A DNA stretch of 64,000 nt, taken from positions 1 to 64,000 of the forward strand of contig JANPJS010000073.1 of the NCBI GenBank assembly GCA_031425655.1, written 5' to 3'. The notes below the pieces were generated by a model, which saw only the letters and a list, made by a program, of their open reading frames with translations, was not told the DNA's origin and made no database searches. Positions 26,724 to 36,540 of this stretch are shown piece by piece. A program made the position numbers and the translations under genes. This DNA is from Abditibacteriaceae bacterium. GTDB lineage: Bacteria > Armatimonadota > Abditibacteriia > Abditibacteriales > Abditibacteriaceae. Each line of letters begins with the position of its first letter. Positions within the stretch are counted from its first letter, which is position 1.

Positions 26724-27152
26724 TTAACAGCCGGCGGAAAACAAGGGGCGCAATCGCTTGGGAGCGTCGTGCGAATGGCTCGGAACGCGATTGCTGGTGC
26801 TGTTTGGTGCGGGTGGCGGGCGGTGCAGCAATTCATTCAAATAAGCGATGTCTATGGGCTTTTGTAAAAACGCTTCGACAACGCTATCTGGTGTTCCGAT
26901 GTTGGAATACGCCGAAGTGAGAATCACACGCGGCGGCTGCGACATATCGTGAGCCTGACGTGCCAGCTCGAAGCCGCTTATACCCGGCATCCGCACGTCG
27001 CTGACCAAAAACTCGAAGTGCCGCAATTGCAGATAATCCAGAGCTTTTTGCGCGTCGCTAACCATCGTGACGCTGTGACCCAAACGTCGCAAAGCAATCG
27101 CTAAAGTCAGTAATACGCTGCCGTCATCATCTACTAAAAGAATATCCGCCAT
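26724..27152 (-). CDS. Single-domain response regulator with Pro-rich tail
   Basis: LLVDDD, SDVRMPG, FLQKP. Confidence 0.88.
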   Translation of the reverse strand: MADILLVDDDGSVLLTLAIALRRLGHSVTMVSDAQKALDYLQLRHFEFLVSDVRMPGISGFELARQAHDMSQPPRVILTSAYSNIGTPDSVVEAFLQKPIDIAYLNELLHRPPPAPNSTSNRVPSHSHDAPKRLRPLFSAGC

Positions 27153-27244
27153 GACTCTCGTGCAGCTTGTGTCAGAGTAGCGAATAAAAGGTGAAATTTT
27201 CACCGCACTTCGCCGATAGCTGCAATTTGTAATAGCTATTAGTT

Positions 27245-27260
27245 AGCAAAGGCAATGCCG
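27245..27260 (-). promoter_or_regulatory. Sigma-54 -24/-12 promoter
   Basis: Minus strand CGGCATTGCCTTTGCT (GG-N10-GC) about 90 nt before the receiver ATG. Confidence 0.65.
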
Positions 27261-27267
27261 CCTGTTA

Positions 27268-27310
27268 AATGCAAAACTCCCCGCCTTATGGGGCGAGGAG
27301 TCTTGCATTT
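27268..27310. terminator. Hairpin after the activator gene
   Basis: aatgcaaaactccccgcc-ttat-ggggcgaggagtcttgcatt. Confidence 0.6.
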
Positions 27311-27319
27311 ATGACGCGA

Positions 27320-28528
27320 TCACGATTTATTTTTGCGATTGGTGTTCAACAGCGAGCCGCCTAACGTGAGCAGAAAATCTTCAGGGCCAACTTTGGGGCC
27401 GGACGCTAAAATCACGGCGCGTTCGATGGCATTAATTAACTCACGAATGTTGCCCGGCCACGCATAATCGAGCAACGCTTTTTTCGCCGGTGCGGTGAAT
27501 TCTTCGACCGGCTTGTTAAATTTGTGGCGAAACACGTTGAGATAATGCTCGGCGATAGGAATAATTTCGTCCTGTCTGTCGCGCAACGGCGGCAATTGCA
27601 CGAGGATGACTTGCAGGCGATAGTAAAGGTCTTCGCGGAACGAGCCGTCCTCGATGCGCTGCAACAGTTTTTGGTTAGTGGCGGCTACTAAGCGCACGTC
27701 TACTTTTACGGCAGAGTTACCACCGACGCGCCGCACTTCCATGTCTTGCAGAACGCGCAGCAGTTTGACCTGCGTGGTCGGCGTGGTTTCGCCGACTTCG
27801 TCGAGAAACAGCGTGCCGCCGTCGGCTTCTTCAAATAAGCCTTTTTTGTTTTGATGCGCGCCGGTAAAAGCACCCTTGACGTGCCCGAAAAGCTCGCTTT
27901 CAAGCAGGTTTTCCGGCAGTGCGCCGCAGTTGATGGGAATAAAAGAAGCGTCTTTGCGCTTGGAATTCTGATGAATCGCGCGGGCGATGAGTTCTTTGCC
28001 GGTGCCGCTTTCGCCTTGAATTAACACCGTTGCGTCTGTCGGAGCGACGCGCTCAACCATATCCAGCACTTTATGCATGGCCGCGCTGGCCGCGATGATG
28101 CTGCCCGGTTTGAACTGTTCTTTTTCTTCGACTGCCGAGCGCAAACGCGCCACTTCCGACTTCAGGCGCTGACGTTCCATCGCGCGCTGCACGGCCAAAA
28201 GCAATTCTTCGGTGTCGAAAGGCTTGGTCAAATAATCAATGGCGCCGGCTTTCATGGCGGCCACGGCGCTTTCCACGCTGCCAAAGCCGGTGAGCATAAT
28301 GACTTCGGTTTTCGGATTGTTCAGTTTTGTGGCGCGCAACACATCCAAACCGGTGACTTTATCCAATTTGAGATCGGTAATGACCACATCGAAATCGTTT
28401 TTGCCGATTTTTTCGATGGCGTCTTCGCCGGTGCCGGCCTGCATCAGCGTGTGCCCGGCTTGTTTAAGCAGGGCCGTCAACGTCAAACGCATCGAACTTT
28501 GGTCGTCCACTACTAAAATATGAGCCAT
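27320..28528 (-). CDS. Sigma-54 activator (REC + AAA+), apparently without C-terminal HTH
   Basis: GESGTGKE, GAFTGA, FREDLYYRL, WPGNIREL; ends about 35 aa later. Confidence 0.92.
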   Translation of the reverse strand: MAHILVVDDQSSMRLTLTALLKQAGHTLMQAGTGEDAIEKIGKNDFDVVITDLKLDKVTGLDVLRATKLNNPKTEVIMLTGFGSVESAVAAMKAGAIDYLTKPFDTEELLLAVQRAMERQRLKSEVARLRSAVEEKEQFKPGSIIAASAAMHKVLDMVERVAPTDATVLIQGESGTGKELIARAIHQNSKRKDASFIPINCGALPENLLESELFGHVKGAFTGAHQNKKGLFEEADGGTLFLDEVGETTPTTQVKLLRVLQDMEVRRVGGNSAVKVDVRLVAATNQKLLQRIEDGSFREDLYYRLQVILVQLPPLRDRQDEIIPIAEHYLNVFRHKFNKPVEEFTAPAKKALLDYAWPGNIRELINAIERAVILASGPKVGPEDFLLTLGGSLLNTNRKNKS

Positions 28529-28679
28529 TCTTGTTATTGATGCCTTTTGATTAATTCCCAACAACGCGGTTTCAGTCGGATAAGTTTGCACCAAAAGCAT
28601 GGTGCGATTAAACGATGTCAGAGACTATTTAAAGTCTGACATAAACTTGCCAATTTGACTTGGAGTTAAAGGGAAGCGA

Positions 28680-29636
28680 TTATTTCGCGGCAGGCAAAAC
28701 ACAGCACAGGCGTGCTCCGCTGACCGTGTGTTCGGAATCGAGCGCAGGCGATTCGCGGTTCGACAGGTTTTCCAACCAGAGCGCGCCGCCCGCGGCTTGC
28801 ACCGCGACCTGTGCCGTAGACAAGCCAAGCCCGGTGGATTGAGGTTTCGTCGAATAAAAAGGCAAGAAAGCGCTTTGCAAATCATCGGAGCTAAACCCGG
28901 CGCCGTTGTCTTCAACGCAGAGAATGATGCGCTTAGCGTCGGAATCGGCGCGTCCATGCAGCGTCAGCGTGGGATGCGGATTTTTGGACATCGCTTCGCC
29001 GGCATTTTCAAAAATGCGAAGCAGAGCCTGCTGGATTTGGTTGCTATCGGCGTGAACTTGAAGCTCTGAGGGCAATTGATCGTGCATTTCTACGTTTTGC
29101 CAGAGCGCGCTTTCGCTTTGTAAGCGTTCCAAGGATTCGTGAAGCAATGTTACGAGATCGAAGTTTTCCGGGTGTGGCTGTGGCGGTTTCACGTAAAGCG
29201 AAAACTCGGTCAGGATTTGGTTCATACGCCGCGCTTCTTTGCGCACCACGCCGAGCAGCATCATGGATTCTTCACTGATTCCAGCGTCGTCTTGCAGTAG
29301 GCTGACGGCGGTCAAAATCGCTGCCATCGGGTTGCGCAATTCGTGTGAGATGCCACCTAAAAGCGAGTGAAGATCAAGGCGCGCCAGGGGCAAACCTGAA
29401 GCGGCTTGATGCGGCAAAGGCAACGGCTCGCTCGAATCAAGACGGCGCAAATACCAGCCATCGCCCAATTCGATGGTGGAAACGCGCGCCTGCCCGTCGC
29501 CGCCGTTGTCGTCGGGCCATGTTGCGCCGCGCGCCGCCTGATTGTCGGCGACGACGCGGCCCTGCACATCGTAAACGCGTGCCGGCTCCGGCAAAAGATT
29601 CAAGAGTGTGATGAATTGGGCAATGGTGACAGACAT
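28680..29636 (-). CDS. Cytoplasmic sensor histidine kinase
   Basis: ISHELRNPM H-box, DNGAG, FYSTK, GLGL; no TM segment. Confidence 0.9.
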   Translation of the reverse strand: MSVTIAQFITLLNLLPEPARVYDVQGRVVADNQAARGATWPDDNGGDGQARVSTIELGDGWYLRRLDSSEPLPLPHQAASGLPLARLDLHSLLGGISHELRNPMAAILTAVSLLQDDAGISEESMMLLGVVRKEARRMNQILTEFSLYVKPPQPHPENFDLVTLLHESLERLQSESALWQNVEMHDQLPSELQVHADSNQIQQALLRIFENAGEAMSKNPHPTLTLHGRADSDAKRIILCVEDNGAGFSSDDLQSAFLPFYSTKPQSTGLGLSTAQVAVQAAGGALWLENLSNRESPALDSEHTVSGARLCCVLPAAK

Positions 29637-29713
29637 AAGAGTTTTGAGTTTTGAGTTTTGAGTTTTGAGTTGAATGATTAACTCAACACTAAAAACTCAT
29701 AATTCAAAACTCA
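29637..29713. repeat. Inverted heptamer array (TTTTGAG/CTCAAAA)
   Basis: Directly visible between rpoN and the kinase gene. Confidence 0.85.
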
Positions 29714-31171
29714 ATCAAAGCGCCTTCGCTGCGCGGCGGGCGGCACTTTCAAGGCTTCGCGGTATTTTGTGACCGTGCGCCTCGCAATCTGGATGCCTTT
29801 CTTCACCAATTCGGCACTGATTTGCTCGTCGGAGTAAGGTTTTCGAGGATTTTCGGCGGCTAAGAGGTCTTTTATGACTTCTTTGATGCTCAAACTGGAA
29901 TCGAAAAACATATCGCAGGGAATCACTTCGCCCGACGGAATCATCGCGTATTTGCCGGTCACGGCGCGGCCTACCGTAGATTCGTGCAAACCTAATTTGT
30001 GCGCGACTGCCAAACGCGTCAAAGGTTTGAGCGAATGCGTGCCTTCTTCGAGAAACCGGCCCTGCTCGGTGGCGACGGCTTCGATGATGAGCTTAAGCGT
30101 TTTGCGGCGCTGATTGAGGTTGTCTATGAATTCACGAGCGCGCGTCAGATATTGCTGGACGTGTTCGCGGTCGTTGGCCGCGTAGCCTACCGGGTCTTTG
30201 CGCATCGCGTCCCAAAGCTGACGGTAAACCGCGTTGACGCGCAATCCCAGACTGCGCGATTCGCTGACCGTGACTTCGTAAACGCCTTCTTCGCCTTCGA
30301 CTTTGCTGATGGTGACGTCGGGGCGAATGCGGGCTTCGCCCTGCGGCGAGCGCGTTTGCCAATCGGGCCGATATTGGCGACCGGGATACGGCGTCAGGCC
30401 GTGACGAATGAAGTCGGCGGCGTTCTGCACGGCCTCGACCGGCACTTTCATTTTGCGCGCGATGTCTTCGTAAGAATGGCGCGCGGTCGCTTCCCAAAAG
30501 TCGTCAATCAGGCGCGTGGCGAGTTTGGCGTGGCCCTGATCGCGTTCGCGCGCTTCAAGGTGTTTCAACTGCAAGCGCAGACATTCGCGCAAATTGCGAG
30601 CGCCCACGCCAATTGGATCGAGGTTTTGCACTTCTTTGAGAACCGCTTCAAGTTCTTCCAGCGGCACGTCCAAACCTTCGGCTAAGGTTTCCAAGTCGTT
30701 GTCGAGATAGCCGTCGTCGTTGATGCAGCCGATCAGCACGTCGCCTAAGTGACGATTTTCTTCGGTGCAGCTCATGCGCCAGACCCAGCGCAAATGCTCG
30801 CCCAGCGTTTCGGGCGAGACCAGACGCGCCATGACATCGTCGCCTTCTTCTTCGCCCCAATAAACGGGTTTTTCGGTCGGCGCGGCTTCGATGGCCAAGT
30901 CAACTGGTTTGGTGCGGTCAATTTCGGGGTTTTCTTCTTCGGGCGTCAGGCGATAACCGCATTCGCGGCAAACGGCAGTCAGCATCGTCGAGCCGCAGGC
31001 CGGGCAGATGCGCTCGGCAGTGACTTCGAGAGCCGGATTGTCTTGCAATTCTTCGTCAATAGCTTGTTCGAGTTCTACATTGGGTTGCTGCAAAAGTTCG
31101 TAAAACGCGATCATTTTGGGATTGAGCGTTTGCTCCATCCCGGTGCTCATGCCGAGCGATTGTTGAGCCAT
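29711..31171 (-). CDS. rpoN: RNA polymerase sigma-54 factor
   Basis: DPIGVGARNLRECL, LHESTVGRA, RpoN box ARRTVTKYRE. Confidence 0.95.
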   Translation of the reverse strand: MAQQSLGMSTGMEQTLNPKMIAFYELLQQPNVELEQAIDEELQDNPALEVTAERICPACGSTMLTAVCRECGYRLTPEEENPEIDRTKPVDLAIEAAPTEKPVYWGEEEGDDVMARLVSPETLGEHLRWVWRMSCTEENRHLGDVLIGCINDDGYLDNDLETLAEGLDVPLEELEAVLKEVQNLDPIGVGARNLRECLRLQLKHLEARERDQGHAKLATRLIDDFWEATARHSYEDIARKMKVPVEAVQNAADFIRHGLTPYPGRQYRPDWQTRSPQGEARIRPDVTISKVEGEEGVYEVTVSESRSLGLRVNAVYRQLWDAMRKDPVGYAANDREHVQQYLTRAREFIDNLNQRRKTLKLIIEAVATEQGRFLEEGTHSLKPLTRLAVAHKLGLHESTVGRAVTGKYAMIPSGEVIPCDMFFDSSLSIKEVIKDLLAAENPRKPYSDEQISAELVKKGIQIARRTVTKYREALKVPPAAQRRRFD

Positions 31172-31239
31172 AAGAATATCCTTTGAAATAACGAAAGAAG
31201 TTTTGGAAGGCTGTGGGGAACGAAAAAGCGGGCGCGCAG

Positions 31240-31282
31240 TGCCAAATTTGTGCCCGCGAGTGCTTATACAAATTCGGTGCCA
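31240..31282 (-). promoter_or_regulatory. Two sigma-54-like sites upstream of rpoN
   Basis: TGGCACCGAATTTGTA (31282-31267) and GGGCACAAATTTGGCA (31255-31240). Confidence 0.45.
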
Positions 31283-31297
31283 AGAAAGATTGTTTGC

Positions 31298-31400
31298 GTA
31301 GGGTTGTGATTTATCACGACCGCTCCCACGAATGAATCGAACTTGTGTGGAGTTGTCAGCGAAGTTTAGCGGAATCGGTCGTGATAAATCACAACCCTAC
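31298..31400. repeat. GTAG-type REP doublet (REPIN-like)
   Basis: Perfect 25-bp IR gtagggttgtgatttatcacgaccg / cggtcgtgataaatcacaaccctac. Confidence 0.9.
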
Positions 31401-31494
31401 AAATGTTGCACTCCATTGCTTTATAAATCGCCTGATTGATTTTTGACACACAAATCTTGTTCGGCATATGGCGGCTCTTTATAATGAGACGACA

Positions 31495-32958
31495 ATGGAT
31501 GCTCAACGCCGTCTGCGGTTGCTGTTGTCACTGCCTATGATGGTCGGTGTCTGCTTTGCCCCGGCTGTATCGGCACAAGAGCCGTCGGCCCTCAAAGAAA
31601 ATAGCCAAATAACGGCGCCTGATGCCGCGAAAATTACTCTGCAGCCCGGTGAGATATTGCTGCTTGGTCAAACGCAGGCTGTGGATAATGAACGTCAGTT
31701 TTCGATTGCCACCGCCTTTTTCACACTCCCGAACGGACGCTCGGCGCGCGTTGACTCCAAAAACAAAGCCGTGCTGATTGACGAAAACACGGTCTTCCAG
31801 CGCGCCACCGGCGAGCCGTGCGACTTCTCGGTAATTGCGGCTGAAGAAAAGGTTCTCGTCATCGGCAAGGATAATGGAAGCGGCGCGCCGATAACGGCGC
31901 GTCTTATTGTTTGCGGCGAATGGAAAGAGCCGGAAATAATCATCCCCGCGCCCTCTGTGGCGGCTACTGTTGCGTCTGCGAAGGCTACAAAGCCGAATAA
32001 ACCGCATGATGCGGATGCGGCTCAAATTTTCGCGCTTATGTCGCAAGCGATGCAGCAAGCGGATATGGCGATGCGCCAAATGCCCGCGATCCCGCCATCG
32101 CTTCCTCCCGCACGCTTGAATACTCCAGCGAAACCGTCCATTCTTTCCCGTTTGTTCGGGCCAAAAGTATCTGTTCCGGTTTGCGAGAATCTGCCGTTTC
32201 CGCCCGCCACGGCGCGCATGACGACCGAAGACATTCAAGGCTGGCTTGAGCAGGTGGCAGCGGCCAATCCGCACAATACGAAGCTGCTGCGCTTGGCGCA
32301 AAGCTCCGAAGGACGCTTCGTGTGGGCATTGGAAATTCGCCCGCAAGGCACGCCGCAGGAAAATTTTCAGCGCCTTGCCATAGTGTGCCGCCAGCACGGC
32401 GACGAGCCGGAAACCACGGCGGCGGGCGCCGAATTGATTCACCAACTGCTGACTTCGCCGACTCCGCGCACCGCGCGTGTTTTGAGCCGCACGGCGGTTT
32501 TGGTTATTCCCGTTGCGAACCCCGACGGCGCATCGCGCAAGCAACGCCATAACGCTCTCGGCCAGGATTTAAACCGCGATTGGGGCCGGGGCCGCACGCG
32601 CGAAGTGTCGGCGATCATGTATGAATTGCAACGCTGGCAGCCGCAATTAGTGGTGGACGTGCATCAATGGGTGCCCGGCGATGCTCATCAAACGCCAATG
32701 GCCGAAGCCTCCGGCGGGAGTTTAAGCCGCAAAGCGGCCTCGGCGATGACAGCGGCAGCGCGCAAAAATGGATATTGGTTAGCGTATCGCTCGCAGGGCG
32801 GCGGCGGCACGCTTTGCAATCGGCATTACGGCGGCAAAGGCGTCCCGGCGATTCTGCTGGAAACCATTCACCACCCGGATTCACCCAATCGCCGCAATAT
32901 CGCTATTCAAACCAGCGTCGTTGCCCTGCAACGCGCGCTCGACTTGCTGGCCGGATAG
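31495..32958 (+). CDS. Secreted M14 zinc carboxypeptidase with N-terminal beta domain
   Basis: Signal peptide; QHGDE, NPDG, DLNRDW, VDVHQ. Confidence 0.8.
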   Translation: MDAQRRLRLLLSLPMMVGVCFAPAVSAQEPSALKENSQITAPDAAKITLQPGEILLLGQTQAVDNERQFSIATAFFTLPNGRSARVDSKNKAVLIDENTVFQRATGEPCDFSVIAAEEKVLVIGKDNGSGAPITARLIVCGEWKEPEIIIPAPSVAATVASAKATKPNKPHDADAAQIFALMSQAMQQADMAMRQMPAIPPSLPPARLNTPAKPSILSRLFGPKVSVPVCENLPFPPATARMTTEDIQGWLEQVAAANPHNTKLLRLAQSSEGRFVWALEIRPQGTPQENFQRLAIVCRQHGDEPETTAAGAELIHQLLTSPTPRTARVLSRTAVLVIPVANPDGASRKQRHNALGQDLNRDWGRGRTREVSAIMYELQRWQPQLVVDVHQWVPGDAHQTPMAEASGGSLSRKAASAMTAAARKNGYWLAYRSQGGGGTLCNRHYGGKGVPAILLETIHHPDSPNRRNIAIQTSVVALQRALDLLAG

Positions 32959-33162
32959 GTCGGCAAAGTAAGGGATGCGGGCAGCGGCAAAGAATTGACG
33001 GCGCGCGAAATCGTGGTTGGCGCGAAGTGATGAGGATGGTGGCGCGAAATCATGCTGGGAATATTGGAACCATTGACCGAGGCGCGAATTTCGCGCCTCG
33101 TTTTGTTTTGCTATAAGCTGCCCGCTCAAAGCTAACCGCGTTATAATTTCAGAGATTAACCT

Positions 33163-33789
33163 ATGATGACGCTGAACGTAATGTCGGACGAGCCTTTGAT
33201 CTGCCCCGTCACGCCGGGCGCCGCGCTGTGCCGCCTTTCGGAAGTCACCGGCGCACTCGAACGCCAATCTGTGTTGCCCGAATGGCCCGAATCACTGCGC
33301 GCGGCGCGGTTGGCTTTAGAAAACGCGCTCGAAAGCGGCGAAACGGAGCGCGTCACGAGCGCGCTGCACGCGGCGCAGGAAAAGCTGACTGTTTGCTACG
33401 ATGCGGTTTGTGCGCTGCCGGCCGCCGCGCCGCTGTGCGCCGCAGTCGGTTTTCCCTCGCCCGGCAATTCGTTCAAAGAGCGCCACGTCGAAGCCGTAGA
33501 TGTGGCCACTATTCAAGTCACTTACACGCGATTCGGCAAGCAAGTTCTGGCGAATTTTTCGTTCCGCGATGCGCAGGGCGCGACCGCTTACTGGTTGCAC
33601 GAAGTGCGCTTCATTGACGGCGAACGCTGCGAATGGGCGCGCCTTGAGGACGCCGTCACGGAAAGTTATTCGCCGGTTTTCACGCGCGTGCGAATGGGCG
33701 GTGGCACGCGCTATTTCATCATCGAGTCGCGCAATCCGCACAAATCGGCGTTTACGCAAGAGTTCACCTTAGAAGTGCCTTCGCTGTGA
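33163..33789 (+). CDS. Hypothetical protein
   Basis: 208-aa ORF filling the gap; no motif recognised. Confidence 0.65.
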   Translation: MMTLNVMSDEPLICPVTPGAALCRLSEVTGALERQSVLPEWPESLRAARLALENALESGETERVTSALHAAQEKLTVCYDAVCALPAAAPLCAAVGFPSPGNSFKERHVEAVDVATIQVTYTRFGKQVLANFSFRDAQGATAYWLHEVRFIDGERCEWARLEDAVTESYSPVFTRVRMGGGTRYFIIESRNPHKSAFTQEFTLEVPSL

Positions 33790-33835
33790 AACTTGTGTGG
33801 CTTATGAAAAGGTCTAATTTTCGGGAGATGCAAAC

Positions 33836-34780
33836 ATGACTGCGAACACGAAACTTTGGCTGGCGGCTGCGCTTTGCGTGGCGGCGAACGCGCCTGCGGC
33901 ACAGGCCGATATGCGCTGGAAAACCGAAATGAAAATCGAAGGCACGACTGGCGCTCGTGTCGGACGGCCCGTCGGCATGGCGCCGGTGATTTCCACCACA
34001 ACTGCCGTTAAAGACGGCGCGCAACGCACTGAAACCTCGGTTCAAGTCGGCATAATCAACATGAGCATGAACGAAGTGACACTGACGCTGTGCGAGAAAA
34101 AGCAGCGCGTGCGCTTGGACGACAAGCTGAAAATCTATGTCACACTGCCGATTGATTCCGAAGTCGCGCCGCAAAATCCCTTAGCGGGCATGGCGGCGTC
34201 CATCGGCAAGATGCTGCCTCCGGGCTTCAAATTGCCCGGATTGCCGCAGGCACCGCAAGGCGAACCGGCGACCGGCAAAGTCATCAGCACCATCACGGCG
34301 CAGGATTTAGGCGAAGACACCGTCGCCGAAACCAAAACGCAGCGTTGGATGCTGACCATGAAAAACGAAAACTCCGGCTGCGCGGGAACCGACACCACAA
34401 CGCTGAAAATGGAAGTCTGGACGGCGAAAATAGACGAGCCTGTCGTCTGCCCGGACGCTGTAAATCGGAATCCGATAAGCGAGTATCAAAAGGCCTTGAA
34501 GCCGCAGTGCAAGATCACCACGGAGATGCACGGCGAGGGTTTGGAAACCTTCGGCAAAATTTTTCGCGGCATTGTGATGCGCTTGAAAATGTATCAGGGC
34601 GAAACCACCGACAAGGCTGTGATGACGCAGGAAGTCACGATGATCACGCGCGCCAAGCAGGACGACGCGCTGTTTGCCGTGCCCGCCGATTACAAAGAAG
34701 TTAAAGCGGAAGAATTCGACCAGATGCGCTCGCAAGCCATGATTCGCCAACTCATGGGCGGTTTTGGTGGCGCTCAGTAG
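33836..34780 (+). CDS. Secreted protein (DUF4412-like C-terminal FAVPADYKE)
   Basis: Signal peptide AQA-D; RBS ggag. Confidence 0.7.
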   Translation: MTANTKLWLAAALCVAANAPAAQADMRWKTEMKIEGTTGARVGRPVGMAPVISTTTAVKDGAQRTETSVQVGIINMSMNEVTLTLCEKKQRVRLDDKLKIYVTLPIDSEVAPQNPLAGMAASIGKMLPPGFKLPGLPQAPQGEPATGKVISTITAQDLGEDTVAETKTQRWMLTMKNENSGCAGTDTTTLKMEVWTAKIDEPVVCPDAVNRNPISEYQKALKPQCKITTEMHGEGLETFGKIFRGIVMRLKMYQGETTDKAVMTQEVTMITRAKQDDALFAVPADYKEVKAEEFDQMRSQAMIRQLMGGFGGAQ

Positions 34781-34810
34781 TTAAGGGCGCAACCTGTTGT
34801 GCCCAAAGTT

Positions 34811-34841
34811 AAAGCGCGGGGAGAATTTCTCCCCGCGCTTT
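34811..34841. terminator. Bidirectional terminator
   Basis: aaagcgcggggaga-att-tctccccgcgcttt between convergent genes. Confidence 0.8.
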
Positions 34842-34855
34842 GCTTTTTGTTGCGC

Positions 34856-35956
34856 TCAATTGTTAGAAGGTTCGCTGAAGCCGTTCATGCTGCTGAGCGA
34901 AACGGCTTCGGCGGGCACGGGAATCGGTGCGTGGCCTTGCAATCCGTTGTTGGCGTTCGTGGCGCGATCTGCCAACACCGTTATCATTGAAGCGCCGTTT
35001 TGACCGCGACTGTCCCAACCCGACCGGCTGTCGTCGCCTGCGGAATCGGATGGCGACGGCAAAAAGCGCATCAGCAAGCCCATGACTTCGGCGAGCAGAT
35101 TTGGCATCAGCGCCGTCGAAACGTGCGCCAAACGCGCGTAAAACGGCATGACCAGCATGGCATCGCCCCGCCGGCAGGCCTGCAGAATTTGCCTCGCCGC
35201 GAGGCGCGCGTCCATCGAAGCGATGGGCAAACCGGCGAATAGGGAAAAAAGTTGATATTCCTTTTCGTGACGACCTTTGAAGCGCGCGTTGACGTGCGAG
35301 CCGGTTCGCATCGTGCTGGGACAAACCGTCGTCACCAGCACGCCGTCTTTGGCTAACTCAGCGCGCAGACTGTTCGATAATCCCACCGCCGCGAATTTGC
35401 TGACGCTATAAGCCGACAAGTGCGGCAGCGTCATCAGGCCGCCCAGCGATGCGATGTTGACGACCCGCCCGCCGCGCTTTTTCAAGTGCGGGAGCGCGGC
35501 GCGCGTGGTCGAAAGCATCGCCCAGCAGTGCAAATCCATCATCCTTTTGAAGTCGGCCTCGCTCATGTGTTCCATCGGCCCGACTTCGATGGCGCCGGCA
35601 TTGTTAATCAGCACGTCAAGACCACCAAAATGCTGCGCGGCGCGTTCCATCGCGTCTTGCACAGCGCCGGCGTCCGTTACGTCGCATAAAGCCGTTAGAA
35701 CCCGCGTGTCGCCGCGCTCGCTCAATTCGGCTTCAGCACGATTTAATTCGGCCTCATCGTGCGACAACAACACCAAATGAGCGCCTTCGTCGGCCAAAAG
35801 GCGCGCCAAAACCAATCCCAAGCCGCGCGAGCCGCCGGTAATGACGGCCACGCGCCCGGCGAATTGAATGCTGCGCCGCGTGCGCAGCCATTGCGCGCCA
35901 GCGTAAAGCGCGCCGCCGCATAACAGGGCTTTCGAGACAAAATCGCGTTTGCTCAT
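34856..35956 (-). CDS. SDR family oxidoreductase
   Basis: TGGSRGLG, NNAG, YSVSK. Confidence 0.92.
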   Translation of the reverse strand: MSKRDFVSKALLCGGALYAGAQWLRTRRSIQFAGRVAVITGGSRGLGLVLARLLADEGAHLVLLSHDEAELNRAEAELSERGDTRVLTALCDVTDAGAVQDAMERAAQHFGGLDVLINNAGAIEVGPMEHMSEADFKRMMDLHCWAMLSTTRAALPHLKKRGGRVVNIASLGGLMTLPHLSAYSVSKFAAVGLSNSLRAELAKDGVLVTTVCPSTMRTGSHVNARFKGRHEKEYQLFSLFAGLPIASMDARLAARQILQACRRGDAMLVMPFYARLAHVSTALMPNLLAEVMGLLMRFLPSPSDSAGDDSRSGWDSRGQNGASMITVLADRATNANNGLQGHAPIPVPAEAVSLSSMNGFSEPSNN

Positions 35957-35959
35957 GCC

Positions 35960-36115
35960 CTATTCCTTGCTTTTCAGGTTTTCGTCAATGGTTTCTTCGT
36001 CGCCTTCGGCCTGCGACGGCGTGGTTTTCGGCAGGCTTTGGTGGCCCGGTTCGTCGCTGCCCTCGGCCTGCGACGGCGTAGGGATTTCGTGCAGTTCTTC
36101 GCTCTTCGTTTCCAT
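35960..36115 (-). CDS. 51-aa acidic small protein with two TPSQAEG repeats
   Basis: ATG 36115 with RBS agga; stop 3 nt before the SDR start. Confidence 0.65.
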   Translation of the reverse strand: METKSEELHEIPTPSQAEGSDEPGHQSLPKTTPSQAEGDEETIDENLKSKE

Positions 36116-36140
36116 AAATTTCCTGTTGCGACGCATTTTT

Positions 36141-36261
36141 AAATGGAACACGGCGCCTTCGGCGACACGGAAACAACACAGATTTTCACTGATTTCAAAA
36201 TTGAAAAAATCCGTGTTAATCCGTGTCGTTTCCGTGTAGGCGAAGCCTCCGTGTTCCATTT
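36141..36261. repeat. REP-like inverted pair, family B
   Basis: aaatggaacacgg...ccgtgttccattt. Confidence 0.85.
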
Positions 36262-36291
36262 GAATTTCTCGTTTTTAAACGTGAATCTTCT

Positions 36292-36540
36292 CTAAACCGT
36301 GGCTGTCGCCATTTCCCGTTTTTCGGTTGGGGGCGAGAACGCGGCGTGCGGGTCAAGGACAATTTTAGTGCAGTTTTCCTGCTTGTGCTTGAAAATTTCG
36401 TAGCCTCGCGGCGCTTCCGCCAGAGGCAGGCGGTGCGAAATGACATACGACGGGTCAATGTCGCCGTTTTGCACGCGCTCCAAAAGCGGCGCCAGATATT
36501 TGTGCATATTGGTTTGGCCCATCTTGAAAGTCAGACCTTT
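36292..36540 (-). pseudogene. C-terminal fragment of a Zn-dependent (formaldehyde-type) alcohol dehydrogenase
   Basis: KGLTFKMGQT...DPSYVISHRLPLAEAPRGYEIF...CTKIVL; in-frame stop shortly upstream. Confidence 0.8.

Noticed and set aside
28587..28642. NtrC box (tgcacca-N6-tggtgcg) and atgtcaga-N12-tctgacat palindrome
   Set aside because: Spacer is 6 rather than the 3 nt of NtrC sites and the adjacent activator has no HTH; no regulator can be assigned
31528..32550. Long antisense ORFs (also 42264-43010, 52631-53449 and others)
   Set aside because: Shadow frames of well-supported genes in GC-rich DNA
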